From Lingula anatina (taxonomy: Eukaryota > Animalia > Brachiopoda), in assembly GCA_051362555.1 (NCBI GenBank), contig CM120640.1:15748001-15812000 (forward strand): 64,000 nt of DNA. The letters are read 5' to 3'. Each line of letters opens with the position of its first letter. Position 1 is the first letter of the stretch. The position numbers were made by a program, and so were the translations under genes. Shown here one piece after another: positions 62,860 to 64,000 of this stretch. The notes under the pieces are model-generated. The model searched no databases. It saw only the letters and a program-made list of their open reading frames with translations, and was not told the origin of the DNA.

Positions 62860-64000
62860 AAAGTCATTAGAGGCAATTTTCTGTGACCTTAAAATTGACC
62901 TTTGACCTACTTTTCACCATAAACTGAACTTTGCAAATTTTTGTTCCCTTTTATCTCCAAAACTGGCAGAGATAGTTCCATAGTTACTATCGAACTTGAA
63001 TAGGAAGTCATATACTGGCAATCTAAGTGTGACCTTGAAATTGACCTTTGACCTATTTTCATCATGAATTGCACTTTGCAAATTTTGGTTCCCTTTTATC
63101 TCCAAAACTGGCAGAGATAGGTCCATAGTTACTATTGAACTTGAATAGGAAATCATTAGTGGCAATTTACTGTGACCTTGAAATTGACCTTTGACCTACT
63201 TTTCACCATGAACTTAACTTTGCAAATTTTGGTTTCCTTTTATCTCCAAAACTGGCAAAGATACACCCATAGTTACTATTGAATTTGAATAGAAAGTCAT
63301 TAGAGGCAATTTACTGTGACCTTGAAATTGACCTTTGACCTACTTTTCACCATAAACTGAACTTTGCAAATTTTTGTTCCCTTTTATCTCCAAAACTGGC
63401 AGAGATAGTTCCATAGTTACTATTGAACTTGAATAGGAAGTCATATACCGGCAATCTAAGTGTGACCTTGAAATTGACCTTTGACCTACTTTTCATCATG
63501 AATTGAACTTTGAAAATTTTGGTTCCCTTTTATCTCCAAAACTGGCAGAGATAGGTCCATAGTTACTATCGAACTTGAATAGGAAGTCATATACTGGCAA
63601 TCTAAGTGTGACCTTGAAATTGACCTTTGACCTACTTTCATCATGAATTGAATTTTGCAAATTTTGGTTCCCTTTTATCTCCAAAACTGGCAGAGATAGG
63701 TCCATAGTTACTATTGAACTTGAATAGGAAATCATTAGTGGCAATTTACTGTGACCTTGAAATTGACCTTTGACCTACTTTTCACCATGAACTTAACTTT
63801 GCAAATTTTGGTTTCCTTTTATCTCCAAAACTGGCAAAGATACACCCATAGTTACTATTGAATTTGAATAGAAAGTCATTAGAGGCAATTTACTGTGACC
63901 TTGAAATTGACCTTTGACCTACTTTTCAACATGAACTGAACTTTGCTAATTTCTTTCCCTTTGAACTCCAAACCTGACAGAGATAGGTCCATAGTTACTA
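62860..64000. repeat. Second array of the 143-146-bp satellite, runs off the window end
   Basis: Monomer registers 62885, 63031, 63174, 63318, 63464, 63610, 63753, 63897. Confidence 0.95.

Noticed and set aside
51060-64000. Regularly spaced repeats as a CRISPR array
   Set aside because: Whole 143-146-bp monomers repeat with no unique spacers, there are no cas genes, and the context is eukaryotic.

Overview
AT-rich, intron-rich animal genomic DNA, most likely a marine invertebrate; it is not prokaryotic and has no CRISPR, rRNA or tRNA. I assembled three spliced genes by hand. (1) The last 7 exons of ILVBL/HACL2 (+, 1-4878). (2) A convergent 30-exon minus-strand gene (25017-6234, 1515 codons) for a secreted mosaic protein: signal peptide-PAN-EGF-like-CTHRC1_C-pentraxin-FN2-FN2-PAN-FN2-PAN-PAN-pentraxin-CTHRC1_C-CTHRC1_C. 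It is intact except for one in-frame TGA at codon 919. (3) A 7-exon plus-strand gene (46918-60042, 314 aa) for a secreted 'dumbbell' protein with two 8-Cys defensin-like modules joined by an acidic (E/D)STTT mucin stalk; its last intron is a 10.6-kb nest of transposons. The rest is mobile DNA. A Naiad-type Penelope-like element carries a hammerhead ribozyme and sits inside a recent inverted duplication built by template switches. Also present are a Harbinger with a nested ISL2EU-like insert, Helentron-type HINEs, a multi-copy Harbinger-like MITE, DIRS, Tc1, RTE and SWIM-transposase relics, and a 143-146-bp satellite. All calls come from manual reading and motif recall, with no database searches.
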